From contig NC_043014.1 of NCBI RefSeq assembly GCF_006345805.1, positions 32,488,001-32,552,000 on the forward strand: DNA of 64,000 nt, written 5' to 3'. Of the stretch, positions 1 through 12,418 are shown one piece after another. The position numbers were made by a program, and so were the translations under genes. The notes beneath the pieces are model-generated. The model saw only the letters and a list, made by a program, of their open reading frames with translations. It had not been told where the DNA came from and made no database searches. Within the stretch, counting starts at the first letter, position 1. Each line of letters begins with the position of its first letter. The DNA is from Octopus sinensis (Eukaryota).

Positions 1-1834
1 AGGATCGATAAAATAAGTACCAGTTGAGCAATGGGGTCAATGTAATCAACTTACCCCCTCCCTGGAATTGCTGACCTTGTGCCAAAATTTGAAACCATTA
101 TTTGCAACACTTGTAGTTTGACTTTGAAAGGGGTAAAAACAAAGTGAATATACATAGAATGTTTGTCCTTGTGTCTCTTTGTTCCTTCATCACTGCTTGA
201 CAATTGGTGTTGATATGTTTGCTTCCCTATAACTTAGTGGTTTGGCAAAAGTGACTGATAGAATAAGTACTAGATTTAAAACAAAAATAAGTCCTGGTGT
301 CAAATTGTTCAACTAAAATACTTCAAGGCAGTGCTCCAGCATGGCCAGAACAAACATTTGAAATGCTTTAGATGTTATAGAGCATAGAGTTGCCAGTGTG
401 GCTGTTGCCAGTACCACCTGACTGGCCCTCATGCTGATGGCACATAAAAGCATCCACTACACTCTCAGAGTGGTTGGCTTTAGGAAGGGCATCCAGCTGT
501 AGAAACTCTGCCAGATCAGATTGGAGCCTGGTGCAGCCATCTGGTTCACCAGACCTCAGTCAAATCGTCCAACCCATGCTATCATGGAAAGCGGACATTA
601 AATGATGATGAGGAGGAGGAGGATTATGATGATGATGAGGACGATTATGATGATGATGAGGACGATTATGATGATGATGAGAGTTGTCTGATAGTATGTA
701 GAATAGAATTGGTAGATAGAATATAGAATATACGAGTGGTAGATAAAATACAGTGTTAAGTTAGAATCCATACAAGATGAAATTCTTTCCATCCATCTTC
801 TCCAGCTACTGTTCCTAGAAGGGTTATGGGAATAGTGTCCTCAGGCACCTTCTTCATAGGGTCCTGTCAGAAGCAACCATCATTGCACTTCCCAGCTTGA
901 ATGTATATGCATTCAGATACTGCAGATTTAGAAAACAGGAAGAAATGGAGAAAGAAGCAGGGAATACTCTGATGATGATATCCTAAGTGTATTATAAAGA
1001 AGGGACAAATGTTGCTTTCAAATTTTGACACAGGGCCAGCAATTTTGGGAAAGGAGATAAGTCAATTACATCAACTCTGGTGCTCAACTGGTACTTATTT
1101 TATCAACCCTGAAAGAATAAAAGGCAAAGCCAGCCTCAGTGGAGTTTGAACCCAGAACATAAAGATGGATCAAATGCTGCTAAGCATTTTGCCCAGTGTG
1201 GTAACGATTCTGCCAGCTCAGTGCCTTAAAGAAAGGTAGATATTAATAATTTGAACTCAGGATGTAAAGACAGATGAAATACTGCTAATCATTTTACTCA
1301 GCTTGCTAATGGTTCTGCCAGCTCATTGCCTTAAAGAAAGGTTAAATATTAATAATAAAGACAAATAGTAGACAAAGACGAAGACAAAATAAACAGAGAC
1401 AGTGATAAAATACATACAAATAAAAACAAGAAAATAAGATGACAAAGGAATAAATGATTATCTTATGGACTTCATTAGCTTACAGCTGTTTCTGCTATTT
1501 CTGCTTATAGCTGTTTCTGCAGTGGACTCATAGTTGAGTGCTTGAGTAAAAACATATAAATGAAGAAATATATAAAAGAATAGGATTAAGTTCAGATTCA
1601 TGAAGCAGAGCTCAAGGTGCGAACTTCAGAAGAACAGTGGAAAGATCAGTACATGGAGGTGTTTGCTTAAGTGATATCAAACCAAATACACCAGGAACAG
1701 TGAAGACCAGTGATACTCAACTATTTTGTAACTATGGACACCTCTGATTCTTATTTTACTCAGATGGACCCACCCGGCATTTATATACATATATTGTGAG
1801 AAAGACAGAGAGATACAAGTATACATATATATAT

Positions 1835-2245
1835 TACTCTTTTACTCTTTTACTTGTTTCAGTCATTTGACTGTGGCCATGCTGGAGCACCACCTTTAGT
1901 CGAGGAATCAACCCAAGACTTATTCTTTGTAAGCCTAGAACTTATTCAATCAGTCTGTTTTGCTGAGCCACTAAATTACGGGGACATAAACACACCAGCA
2001 TCGGTTGTCAAGTGATGTTGGGGCGGGGGGACAAACACAGACACACAAACACACACACAAATATATATATACACATATATTCAACGAGCTTCTTTCAGTT
2101 TCCACCTACCAAATCCACTCGTAAGGCTTTGGTTGGCCCAAGGCTATAGTAGAAGACACTTGTCCAAGGTGCCAGGCAGTGTGAGGGAACCAGGAACCAT
2201 GTGGTTGGTAAGCAAGCTACTTAGCACACAGCCACTCCTGTGCCT
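1835..2245 (-). mobile_element. SINE family A (tRNA-like head aggagtggctgtgtggtaag, internal (TA)n/(TG)n tract, ~400 bp)
   Basis: Full-length copy. The same family recurs many times in the window. Confidence 0.85.
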
Positions 2246-2535
2246 ATTATATATATATATGTCCCCTAAGAGTCATGTGAGTCCCATTTGAGAACCACAA
2301 TGTTAGTGCAGAGGCACAAAGGTAGGATGAATGCAATTATCAAAATAAGTGGGGGGTATTGTAAATACATAAGGTTTTTAAGAGAGTTGGAGTTAAGTGA
2401 TGTAGCCATTTTAATATGTAGCTCTGGTGCAAAATGGAGTTTATATTTTAGTTGAAGGTATTATGAAAGGAGCAAGAGCCTCAAGGCATCACACTACTAT
2501 ATATATACATACATGCATACATCCATCCATCCGTC

Positions 2536-2569
<34 letters not shown>

Positions 2570-2708
2570 TTCATATGTATATATTATATATATATATATA
2601 TATAATTAATCAATATAGGGTGGCAAAAAAAAATTTTGTAGAATTTTTTTGCCACCGCGGCGCCTAGTGGGAAAAAATTAAATAGTCATAGACCATTTTA
2701 AGTTCAAC

Positions 2709-2874
2709 ATCAACAATCAAGGAACGGCCATAATAGGCCATTCACCCACTAGAATAACAGCCAAAGCTTCAACCGCAAATAAAAATCATTCCGGAATGAT
2801 TTTTTTTGCGGTTGAAGCTTTGGCTGTTATTTCTAGTGGGTGAATGGCCTATTATGGCCGTTCCTTGATTGTTG

Positions 2875-2876
<2 letters not shown>
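2709..2876. repeat. Near-perfect palindrome, 84-bp arms, no spacer (centre CC|GG)
   Basis: atcaacaatcaaggaacggcc...tcattcc / ggaatga...ggccgttccttgattgttgat; only small indel differences. Confidence 0.95.
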
Positions 2877-2905
<29 letters not shown>

Positions 2906-3674
2906 TCTATATACACACAGATACACACACACACACATATATATGCATGTATATATGTACCTCTCTCTCTATATATATATGTGTATGCATACATATATAT
3001 ATATGTGCATGTGTGTGTATAAATATTCATATATATATACGTGTATATATGTACCTCTCTCTCTCCTTCTCCCTCTCTCTCTCTTTATATATATGTATGT
3101 TCATATATATCTATGTATATACGCATATATACAATCATACATGGGCATACATGCACATGCATGCATACACATACACACATACATGCACACACATGGATTC
3201 ACACATGAACACACACACATGTAAAACAGCAATGCTGCTGCAGCAGCTGCTTGCAGTGCTATTTTCATTTTCTGCAACATAATTTGCATCTCTTCACATT
3301 TGCCTTTGGCATGTAAATGTGTTCAAAGCCTTTTCTTATAGAATTTAAGAGCTCTTCTCTCCTTTGAAATTTTCAACAATTCTTGAGAGCTTTTTTCATG
3401 TGAAGACAATTACACAATGTTGGGGACAAGATCTCTGGCAAATTTCATGTGATTAGATGACCTATCCCTTCATGTTGAAAGTTTCAGTTCCCGGTCAGGG
3501 AATTTAGTATTTTTGTGACATTTCTTAGGACCAACTGCCAAATCCCAATAAATTCTCATTTCCTCTAACTCACGCTATTATGGTAAAATGGATATAAAAG
3601 CTAACAAATCCATGCGTGTATATTTTACATACATGCACACAAGGATACATACACATATATATACGAGATATGTG

Positions 3675-3965
3675 GAGGCGCAATGGCCCAGGGGCTAGGG
3701 CAGTGAACTCGTGGTCGTAGGATCGCGGTTTCGATTCCCAGACCGGGCGTTGTTGAGTGTTTATTGAGGCGAAAACACCTAAAAGCTCCACAGGCCTGGC
3801 AAGGGGTGGTGGATCCCTGCTGTACTCTTTCACCACTCTTTCTTCTGTGGGCCTGCTCGCTTAGCCAGCGGGGTGACGTCATTCGAAGGCTAAAACATGC
3901 GAACGCATTGTGACCAGCGATGTGTAACTACATTCTGATGGACTGGTCGGTCACGTGATCACGTG
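3675..3965 (+). mobile_element. SINE family C (tRNA-derived head gaggcgcaatggcccag..gtttcgattccc)
   Basis: A and B boxes present. Related copies at 11066-11345 (+), 14930-15250 (-) and 5545-5820 (-). Confidence 0.82.
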
Positions 3966-4007
3966 ATATATACAGATATATAATAACATAAATATGTATG
4001 CGTACAT

Positions 4008-4041
<34 letters not shown>

Positions 4042-4295
4042 TGAATGTGACGCATCCATTTCCAAGTAAGTTTATCTTCACCTTTTTGATGCGACTCTAC
4101 TCAATACTGTTTCCTTCCTCCATCCTTCTCTAATTCCCTTTTTCTCCCCTCCCTCCTTCACCGTTTTCTATCTGTCTGTCTCTCTATCTCTCTCTTGCTC
4201 CTTTTCCCTTTCTCTCTCTCTCTCTCTTTTGCCTCACATTTCAAACGTGACTATCGTCCATTTTTTTTCCTCGTGTGACCATCTTTCATTTCCTG

Positions 4296-4395
4296 NNNNN
4301 NNNNNNNNNNNNNNNNNNNNNNNNNNNNNNNNNNNNNNNNNNNNNNNNNNNNNNNNNNNNNNNNNNNNNNNNNNNNNNNNNNNNNNNNNNNNNNN
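4296..4395. other. Assembly gap (100 N)
   Basis: Run of exactly 100 N. Confidence 1.
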
Positions 4396-4684
4396 ACTTG
4401 CAGAGAAAAGCCAACAAGCAATCTACTCTTTATAAAACACTAAGACATGAATAGAGAGAGACTTAGCTGCTATTTCTTGCATGTCATCTAACTATATAAA
4501 GGCTCCCTCACTGGCTCACAGCTCACTGATGGCTGATGATGGTATGATTGTCCAGCAGTGATGATGAGGAGGCGATAATGTCTTGGTGATGATGCAATGA
4601 TGATTGTGTTGTGGAGTTGATGATGGTGTCATGGAGTTAATATCGGTTGTGTAGGTTGTTTTCGAGTCAAGGAGCACAGCAGTA

Positions 4685-4723
<39 letters not shown>

Positions 4724-4926
4724 ATGTGCACATGTGTATTTGTTAGATATGGTAAAAATATATATTGTGTATAAGCACATGACCTAGTGGTTAAGGTGCT
4801 GCACTCACAATTGCAAGATCATGGTTTCAATTCATAGACTGGGTAGTGCATTGTGTTCTTGAGCAACACTGAAGCAAGAACATTAGTCATGGACAAGAAA
4901 CCAGAGCTAGAAATTGAACTTTGTTC

Positions 4927-5152
4927 TTTATTGCCCACAAGGGGCTAAACATAGAGGAACAAACAAGGACAGACAAAGGGATTAAGTCGATTACATCAAC
5001 CCCACTGTGTAACTGGTACTTATTTAATTGAGCCCAAAAGGATGAAAGGCAAAGTCGACCAGGGTGGAATTTGAACTCAGAAAGTAAAGAAAGACGAAAT
5101 ACCGCTAAGCATTTCAACCTGCATGCTAACGTTTCTGCCAGATCGCCACATT
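4927..5152 (-). mobile_element. SINE family B
   Basis: Same head and body as 51639-51873; tttgttc flanks. Confidence 0.8.
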
Positions 5153-7739
5153 CAAATTTTGTTCACATAGTCCATCAACCTGATGTCTACTCCTAACCTT
5201 CCTTATATCTATCCAACTGTGTTTATCTAAGAAGTCTCTAACTGGAAGAAAATAAGGAATTCTCAAATCAGCACAGTGTCACAAATAAGATGGGAAGAAA
5301 AATAATTGAATCAACCCAACTTTGCAGCACGAACATTCGATCACTATAAGCAAATCATTTGTGCAGGTCATTCATCAAAAGCTGAACGCTCATACATCGT
5401 CTTTGACATGAAAGTCCATTATATATTGTATCAATGGTACAAGAAACTGTTGTTTGATGAAGTTGTTGCTTTTTGGCTATTTTAAAATTTTAACTTGTAA
5501 ATCAGTACAGCAAGAGTTATGTTTCTTACTGTTTTTGTTTGTTCCTTCTCGAGCCATACCTGGTTCATTAGGGCTGGTTTCTCAGTTTCCTTGGCGTATA
5601 GGTTCCCCACCTGGACAGGACACCAGTCCGTCGTAGGAGGGAAGAGTGAGAGAAAGTTGTGGCGAAAGAGTCAGCAGAAGTTTGCCATTACTTTCTGCTG
5701 GAGTCGCGTGGAGCTTAGATGTTTTGCTCATAAACACACACATCGCCCGGTCTGAGATTCGAACCCACGATCCCTCGACTGTGAGTCCAATGCTCTAACC
5801 ACTAGGCCATGTGCCTCCACTTACTATTATGTTTCGTACTACTGTTACAAAATTCTGTCATTTTCCTAATACATCATCGTCGTCATAATCATTAAATATC
5901 TGTTTTCCATGCTGGCATGGGTTGGACGGTTGTAAGGCTAGGGGCTACACCAAGTTCCATCATCTATTCTGACATGGTTTCAACAGCTGGATGCCCTTAC
6001 TAGTGCCAACCACTCCACAGTGTGTACTGGGTGCTTTTTTTTATGTGGCACTACACCAGTGCTTTTAACATGGCACCAGTTATCAAGCAACAGTAGAGGG
6101 GAAAGCAAGCACAAAGATACAATACACACACACCACACATACACACACACTCACAAATATATATATATATATATGAGCAAAATGCCCCCTGTCCAATGGA
6201 CGGTGCTGAGTTGTCAAACATTTAAACCAAATTTTCACAAAACTATTTGTCTGACCGTCCCATAGGCCTCCCCTTTGAGAAACACTGATTTAACCTAAAA
6301 TTGAGACACCAGCAAAAGAAGAAATAAAGATAGACTTTCTTCTATTCCAAAGAAAAACAATTTTATACACACAAATATGCAACCAAAGAGTTTAAAGTAC
6401 CAGTAATGATAAGTCTGTTGACTGGGAGAACACAAACATGGTTTAAACAGTAAGCTTGGCAGGAAAGAAACGTGCCTTTAAGCAGTACAAACACAACAAA
6501 AAATGGAAGGTGCAGTTATGTACAGGTTGACGGAAGAAAAGCAGGACAAAAACAGCTTTATCGATCGCATTCTCACCTGGAATCGATTTTTGTAATTTTT
6601 TCAAGACTTATACATGCCCTGATACCGTAGGTATCAACATATCAAATTTGAGCTCAATCAGATGGAGGATGCCCGAGATCCTAGAAGACACACACACAGA
6701 CAGACAGAACGGATTTTATATAATAGATAATGGGCTTCTGCTCGATTTTTATTGGTCAGCTGAAGGCTATGATAGATGACACTTGTCCAAGATGCTGTGC
6801 AGTGGGGTTGAACCAGAAACCATGGGGTTGAAATAAGAGCTTCTTAACCACACTGTCATGTTCACATTTTATTTTTGTTGTTTCACAACTTCTATGTCCT
6901 ACAGGGGGGAGGGTGACATTTGACAGAAACAATAGACTACCAGACCAAATTGCAGTGTTTAGTCATGCTCCTTTACGTTGTGAGTTCAAATCATGTAATG
7001 GTTGATAAGATAATTCACCTTCATATCCATCTTCTGGAGTTGAGTAAAGAAATACCAGTCATAAACTTGGGTTGATTCAAATTATTCTCCTTTCCATCTT
7101 ATTTGTGACTCTGTGCTGATTTGAAAATTCCTTGTTTTCATCCGGTTAGAGACTTCTTGGATAAACATAGTTGGATAGATATAAGGAAGGTTAGTAGTAG
7201 ACATCAGGTTGATGGACTATGTGAACAAAGCTCAGTTCCTGGCTCTGGTTTCTTGTCCATGGCTAATGTCCTCACTTCAGTGTTACTCACAACTAACACT
7301 TTATCAGAGCATTCCACCCATCAACATCATTGTTGTGGAAATCACTTTCAAAATCATACAACAAGCTAGGTAGATCAATGAATTAATTCCTTGTCCTTAA
7401 TATGAAGTCATTTGTAATTATTCTAGAGACAGAGTGAACTAATCAATGTACTAAATTAATTATTCTTTTCTAAAAGGAAGAGCAGGTTCACCTTTAGCTC
7501 TTTCTCTATTGAGCAACACTACATGCAGTCATGTGATAATACAGGAAGTCATTTGGAAGGATTAACAAGCTTTGTTATTCCTTGTCGTATGAATGTAATC
7601 ATTTGTGTACTGTCTGAACTATCAGATAAGTGCTATATTGATTCACGGGTTTATATTGAATAAAGCTTTCAGATAAGGTGTCTTTGTCTTTCAATTGCCT
7701 CCCATTAAGATCATCTCTCTATCACACCCATCGCCAGGA

Positions 7740-8105
7740 ACACCCTCTCCACTAATACTCTAATACTTCACACACTCCATTAACACTCTAATAACACTCT
7801 ACTATTCCACTAACACCCCACTTCACAAACATGCACTTCAATACTCACCGAACAATTCACAAAACATTACCTACCAACTCTTCATAAACACGTACATACT
7901 AATACTTCATTAATACCCTACAAATGCACACAAATACTCCACAAAATCTATACAAAGACACTCCTAATCTTCACTAAAACTCTACAACTCACTCCACCAG
8001 TTCTCACTAAACTCTACAAACATACACCTCAGTACTCCAACAACACTCTATCAGCACACATCCCATTACTCCACTAACACTCTACACCCCATCCCACTCT
8101 AATCT
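7740..8105. repeat. Degenerate C/A-rich minisatellite (cactccactaacactcta-like)
   Basis: Recurrent actc/cact units. Confidence 0.6.
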
Positions 8106-8291
8106 TCACAAAAGTTTTATTATGACAGTGGACATGACAGTATGGTCAAGAAGCTCTTATTTCAACCCCATGGTTTCTGGTTCAATCCACTACACAGCAT
8201 CTTAGACAAGTGTCATCTACCATAGCCTTCAGCTGACAAATAGAAACTGAGCAGAAGCTCACTATATATATAATATATATATATATATATA

Positions 8292-8801
8292 TGAAAGAAG
8301 GTTTGAAAATGCAATTTTAAAAGATGTTTATTCACTTGACCAGTTTCACTTTTTTAGAAAAAGATTGTCAAAAGTAAAATGTACAAGCTTTGTTGTGTTA
8401 AGAAAAAATGGTAAAACAGGTCAGTTTATCTCAAATTCCTTGTAAACTCCTAAATATATCCTCTTTCTGTGTATTATATACTACCAAAATATGACCTTTT
8501 TGAATTTCTTTGTGTATATATAGATACTTCCAAACAAACATGATTTTTAATGAAATCCTAATATTTTAATGACTTTTTAATATTTTCTCAAGATTTTCCC
8601 TTGTAAATTGTTTTAACATTTTCTTATTATTATCAAAGAATGTATATATGTATTGTCTATTGTGTGACAACCAGTACTTAACACAACAAAGATTTTACAA
8701 AGCTTTTACATTTTCTTTTGACAATCTTTTTCTAAAAAAGGGGTGAAAACGGTCAAGTGAATAAACATCTTTTAAATTGCATTTTCAAACCATTCTTTCA
8801 T
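8292..8801. mobile_element. ~510-bp MITE with ~110-bp imperfect terminal inverted repeats
   Basis: 8292-8400 (tgaaagaaggtttgaaaatgcaattttaaaagatgtttattcacttgacc...) is the reverse complement of ~8682-8801. (TA)n flanks. Confidence 0.8.
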
Positions 8802-9130
8802 ATATATTTCCACTCGTGCGGTATCTTACAATTTCAGTGTTTTATATATCATATATATCTATATATATATATATATTTGTGTGTGTATGTTGTGTCTTTG
8901 TGCTTGTTTTTCCCCTTGCCAAAAAGGTTTATTTGGAGAAGATATTTAGTTGATACAAGAGCTGCAGCTTGATGTTGATATTTTGTAGATGTCATTTGAC
9001 TATTCCTCCACGGTTTCATTTACATATGTGTAACATGATGATTATGATGATGGTGATGGTAGTCTCTCATAGTCTGAGAAAGATGGTTCTTCAATTTCTA
9101 GCTAAACAACCTGCTCAAAGAATTTGTCTG

Positions 9131-9905
9131 TAGGCACAGGAGTGGCTGTGTGGTAAGTAGCTTGCTTACCAACCACATGGTTCTGGGTTCATTCCCACTG
9201 CATGGCATCTTGGGCAAGAGTCTTCTACAATAGCCTTGGGCTGACCAAAGCCTTGTGAGTGGATTTGGTAGACGGAAACTGAAAGAAGCCCATCGTATAT
9301 CTCTCTCTATATAAACGGCAGTTTGTCTGTGCATTTTCTGTGTGTCTGTTTTCTCGTACCCTCACTCTGACCACGGCTTTCAACCAATTCTGATGAAACT
9401 TGACACCCACATAGCCCAATGTCATAATTCAAAACTAACGCAGCAAAAATTTAAAAGTTCCCCCAGTTCTGAAAAAAATCGATAAATTCGACATGGGGTT
9501 CGAATCAGAAACCCAAACCACAGACCGTCTAGGGACGCAACTCCACCTTTTTTTACTCTAAAAAAAAAATTACCATCATTTTTTTTCCCATTTTTTTGCT
9601 ATTTTTTGGCTATAACTCCTAAAAATGCTTTATAGTTATTTCCTTACAAACCTGAGCAACGCCGGGCGATACTGCTAGTATATGTATATATGTGTGTGTT
9701 TGTGTTTCTGTTTGTCCCACCAACATTGCTTAACAACCGATGCTGGTGTGTTTACATCCCCGTAACTTTGCAGTTCAGCAAAAAGGACCGATAGAAAAAG
9801 TACAAGGCTTACAAAGAATTAGTCCTGGGGTCGATTTTCTCGACTAAAGGCAGTGCTCCAGCATGGCCACAGTCAAATGACTGAAACAAGTAAAAGTGTA
9901 AAAGA
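9131..9905 (+). mobile_element. SINE family A, split by a Helitron-like insertion
   Basis: Head 9131-9299, body and tail 9679-9905. Confidence 0.85.
9300..9678 (+). mobile_element. Non-autonomous Helitron-like element inserted into a SINE's TA tract
   Basis: 5' TC, subterminal hairpin cctgagcaacgccggg, 3' CTAG. Inserted between A and T with no TSD; splits a SINE (9131-9299 / 9679-9905). Confidence 0.8.
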
Positions 9906-10219
9906 GTGATCAAATGTTTGTGTTGTGCATTAGCTCACTCACTTTCTTCCATCAATCGATGTTGCCTCAGACATATGCATTGTGTACCACACATCAGGTG
10001 AAGGGGATCATAGAGCATGAGAGATGTATTTTGCTCAAACACAATGCACTACCCAGTCCAGGAACTGAAACCATGTCCTGAGACAGTGAGTACAACACCC
10101 AAACTAACTGCAACATGTGCCCTCATGATGTGTACATTGTAAGGATATGGGTTCAAATTTTGACACAAGGACAGAAACTTCAGAGGAGGGGTTTAGTCAA
10201 TTACATCAACCCCAGTACA

Positions 10220-11668
10220 TTGAGAACCACAATGTTAGTGCAGAGGCATAAAGGTAGGATGATCATTATCAAAATCAGGTGGGGGGTATTGTAAATACAT
10301 AAGGTTTTAAGAGAGTTTGGAGTTAATGATTTAGCCATTTTAATATGTAGTTCTGGTGCCCAATGGAGTTTATATTTTAGTTGAAGGTAGTATGAAAGGA
10401 GCAAGAGCCTCAAGGCATCACACTACTATATATATATACACCATACATCCATCCATCCGTCCATACATACATACATACATACATACATACATACAACAAA
10501 TTTACAAACATACACATAATATATATATTCATATTAATATTATATATATATATAATATATATATATATATATTATACTACATCTATCTATATACACACAT
10601 ATACACACCACACATATCTATGCATGTATATATGTACCGTCTCTTCTCTATATATATATGTGTATGCATACATATATATATGTGTGCAGTGTGTGTATAA
10701 ATATTTATATATAAATATACGTGTATATATGTACCTCTCTCTCCCTTCTCCTCTCCCTCTTATATATATATGTATGTTCATATATATGTATATATATAGG
10801 CATATATACATCATACATGGACACACATGCACATGCATGCACACACATACACACATACATGCACACACATGCATTCACACATGAACACACACACATGTAA
10901 AACAGCAATGCTGCTGCAGCAGCTGCTTGCAGTGCTATTTTCATTTTCTGCAACATAATTTGCATCTCTTGGATATAAAAATGGATATAAAAGCTAACAA
11001 ATCCATGCGTGTATATTTTACATACATGCACACAAGAATACATACACATATATATACAGATATGTGGAGGCGCAATGGTCCAGTGGTTAGGGCAGCGGAC
11101 TTGCGGTCGTAGGATCGCGGTTTCGATTCCCAGTGAGTGTTTATTGAGCGAAAACACCTAAAAGCTCCACAAGGCTCCTGCAGGGGGTGGTGATCCCTGC
11201 CGTACTCTTTCACCACTCTTTCTTCTGTTGGCCTGCTCGCTTAGCCAGCGGGGTGGCGTCATTCGAAGGCTAAAACAATGCGAACGCATTGTGACCAGCG
11301 ATGTGTAACTACATCTGATGGACTGGTCGGTCACGTGATCACGTGATATATACAGATATATAATAACATAAATATGTATCTGTACATACACACACACACA
11401 CACACATATATATATTGAATGTGACGCATCCATTTCTAATAAGTTTATCTTCACCTTTTTGATGAGACTCTACTCAATACTGTTTTCTTCCTCCATCCTT
11501 CTCTAATTCCCTTTTTCTCCCCCTCCCTCCTTCACCGTTTTCTATCTGTCTATCTCTCTATCTCTCCCTCATGCTCCCTTTTCCCTTATCTCTCTCTCTC
11601 TCTCTAGTTGCTCACACGTGACTATTGTCCATTTTTCTTTTCCTCATGTGACCATCTTTCATTTCCTG
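10220..11668 (+). repeat. Local duplication, copy B
   Basis: See copy A. Lacks ~2605-2876 and ~3295-3580. Confidence 0.92.
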
Positions 11669-12076
11669 CACAGTTGTTCAAAAGAGTGGACATTTTTTCT
11701 CTCTCTCTTTAATCTTTCTCTTTTCAAAAAAAATATTCCTCCCAGTGTTCACTATTTCCCTCACATTCTGATCTAACAACCCTCTATGTTTGTTTTCATT
11801 CAGTTTCTTTGTAGGTCTCCACTGTCCTGTTTTTGTTCCCAACTTTGACCCTCCATAAATCCTAAATTTTCTTTTAGAATATATGGGAGCAACTGTCTTT
11901 GAAGACTCATATTGTTGAATGCTCGAAATGAGGAGTAGATAGACAACTGGCAACTGAGGAAGGGTCCTTTCTCTGTTTTTACTTGTCCTGTTTTCCCTTT
12001 TTTTTTCTCGTTTGCATATTTAACTCGTTTGTTTACATGTTTCATGTTTACATACATATATCTATATATATGATTC

Positions 12077-12265
12077 ACCATGATAGATTGCTAGCCACTA
12101 CACATTCGTTATTTTCTCTCCTTGTTTCTTTCTGTGTTCCTTTCTGTAGAAGAGCATAGGCTTGAAATGTTAAAGACCTTTTCACTTCCCAAGCATTATA
12201 CTAATACATCTGTTTGTTGTTTACACCACCTGTCTTCGTCTTTTGTTTTTGTAAATTCTCCCTAT
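12077..12265 (+). mobile_element. Penelope-like pseudo-LTR remnant
   Basis: Same ~190-bp unit as 16475-16673 (opposite strand). Contains a hammerhead-like gagc-loop-gct(c/t)gaaa motif typical of PLE termini. Confidence 0.55.
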
Positions 12266-12294
12266 ATATGTATATATATATATTATATATATAT

Positions 12295-12328
<34 letters not shown>

Positions 12329-12418
12329 CACACTTTCTAATTAGTTTCAGCTTGAAACCACCTTTAATATATATATTTTCATTTTTTCTAATGCTGAAAC
12401 AAAGTAAATTATAAGAAA

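Larger units (their letters stand above)
2288..4295 (+). repeat. Local duplication, copy A (copy B = 10220-11668)
   Basis: Colinear, roughly 90-95% identical by eye, including a shared SINE C. Copy A ends at the N gap. Confidence 0.92.
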
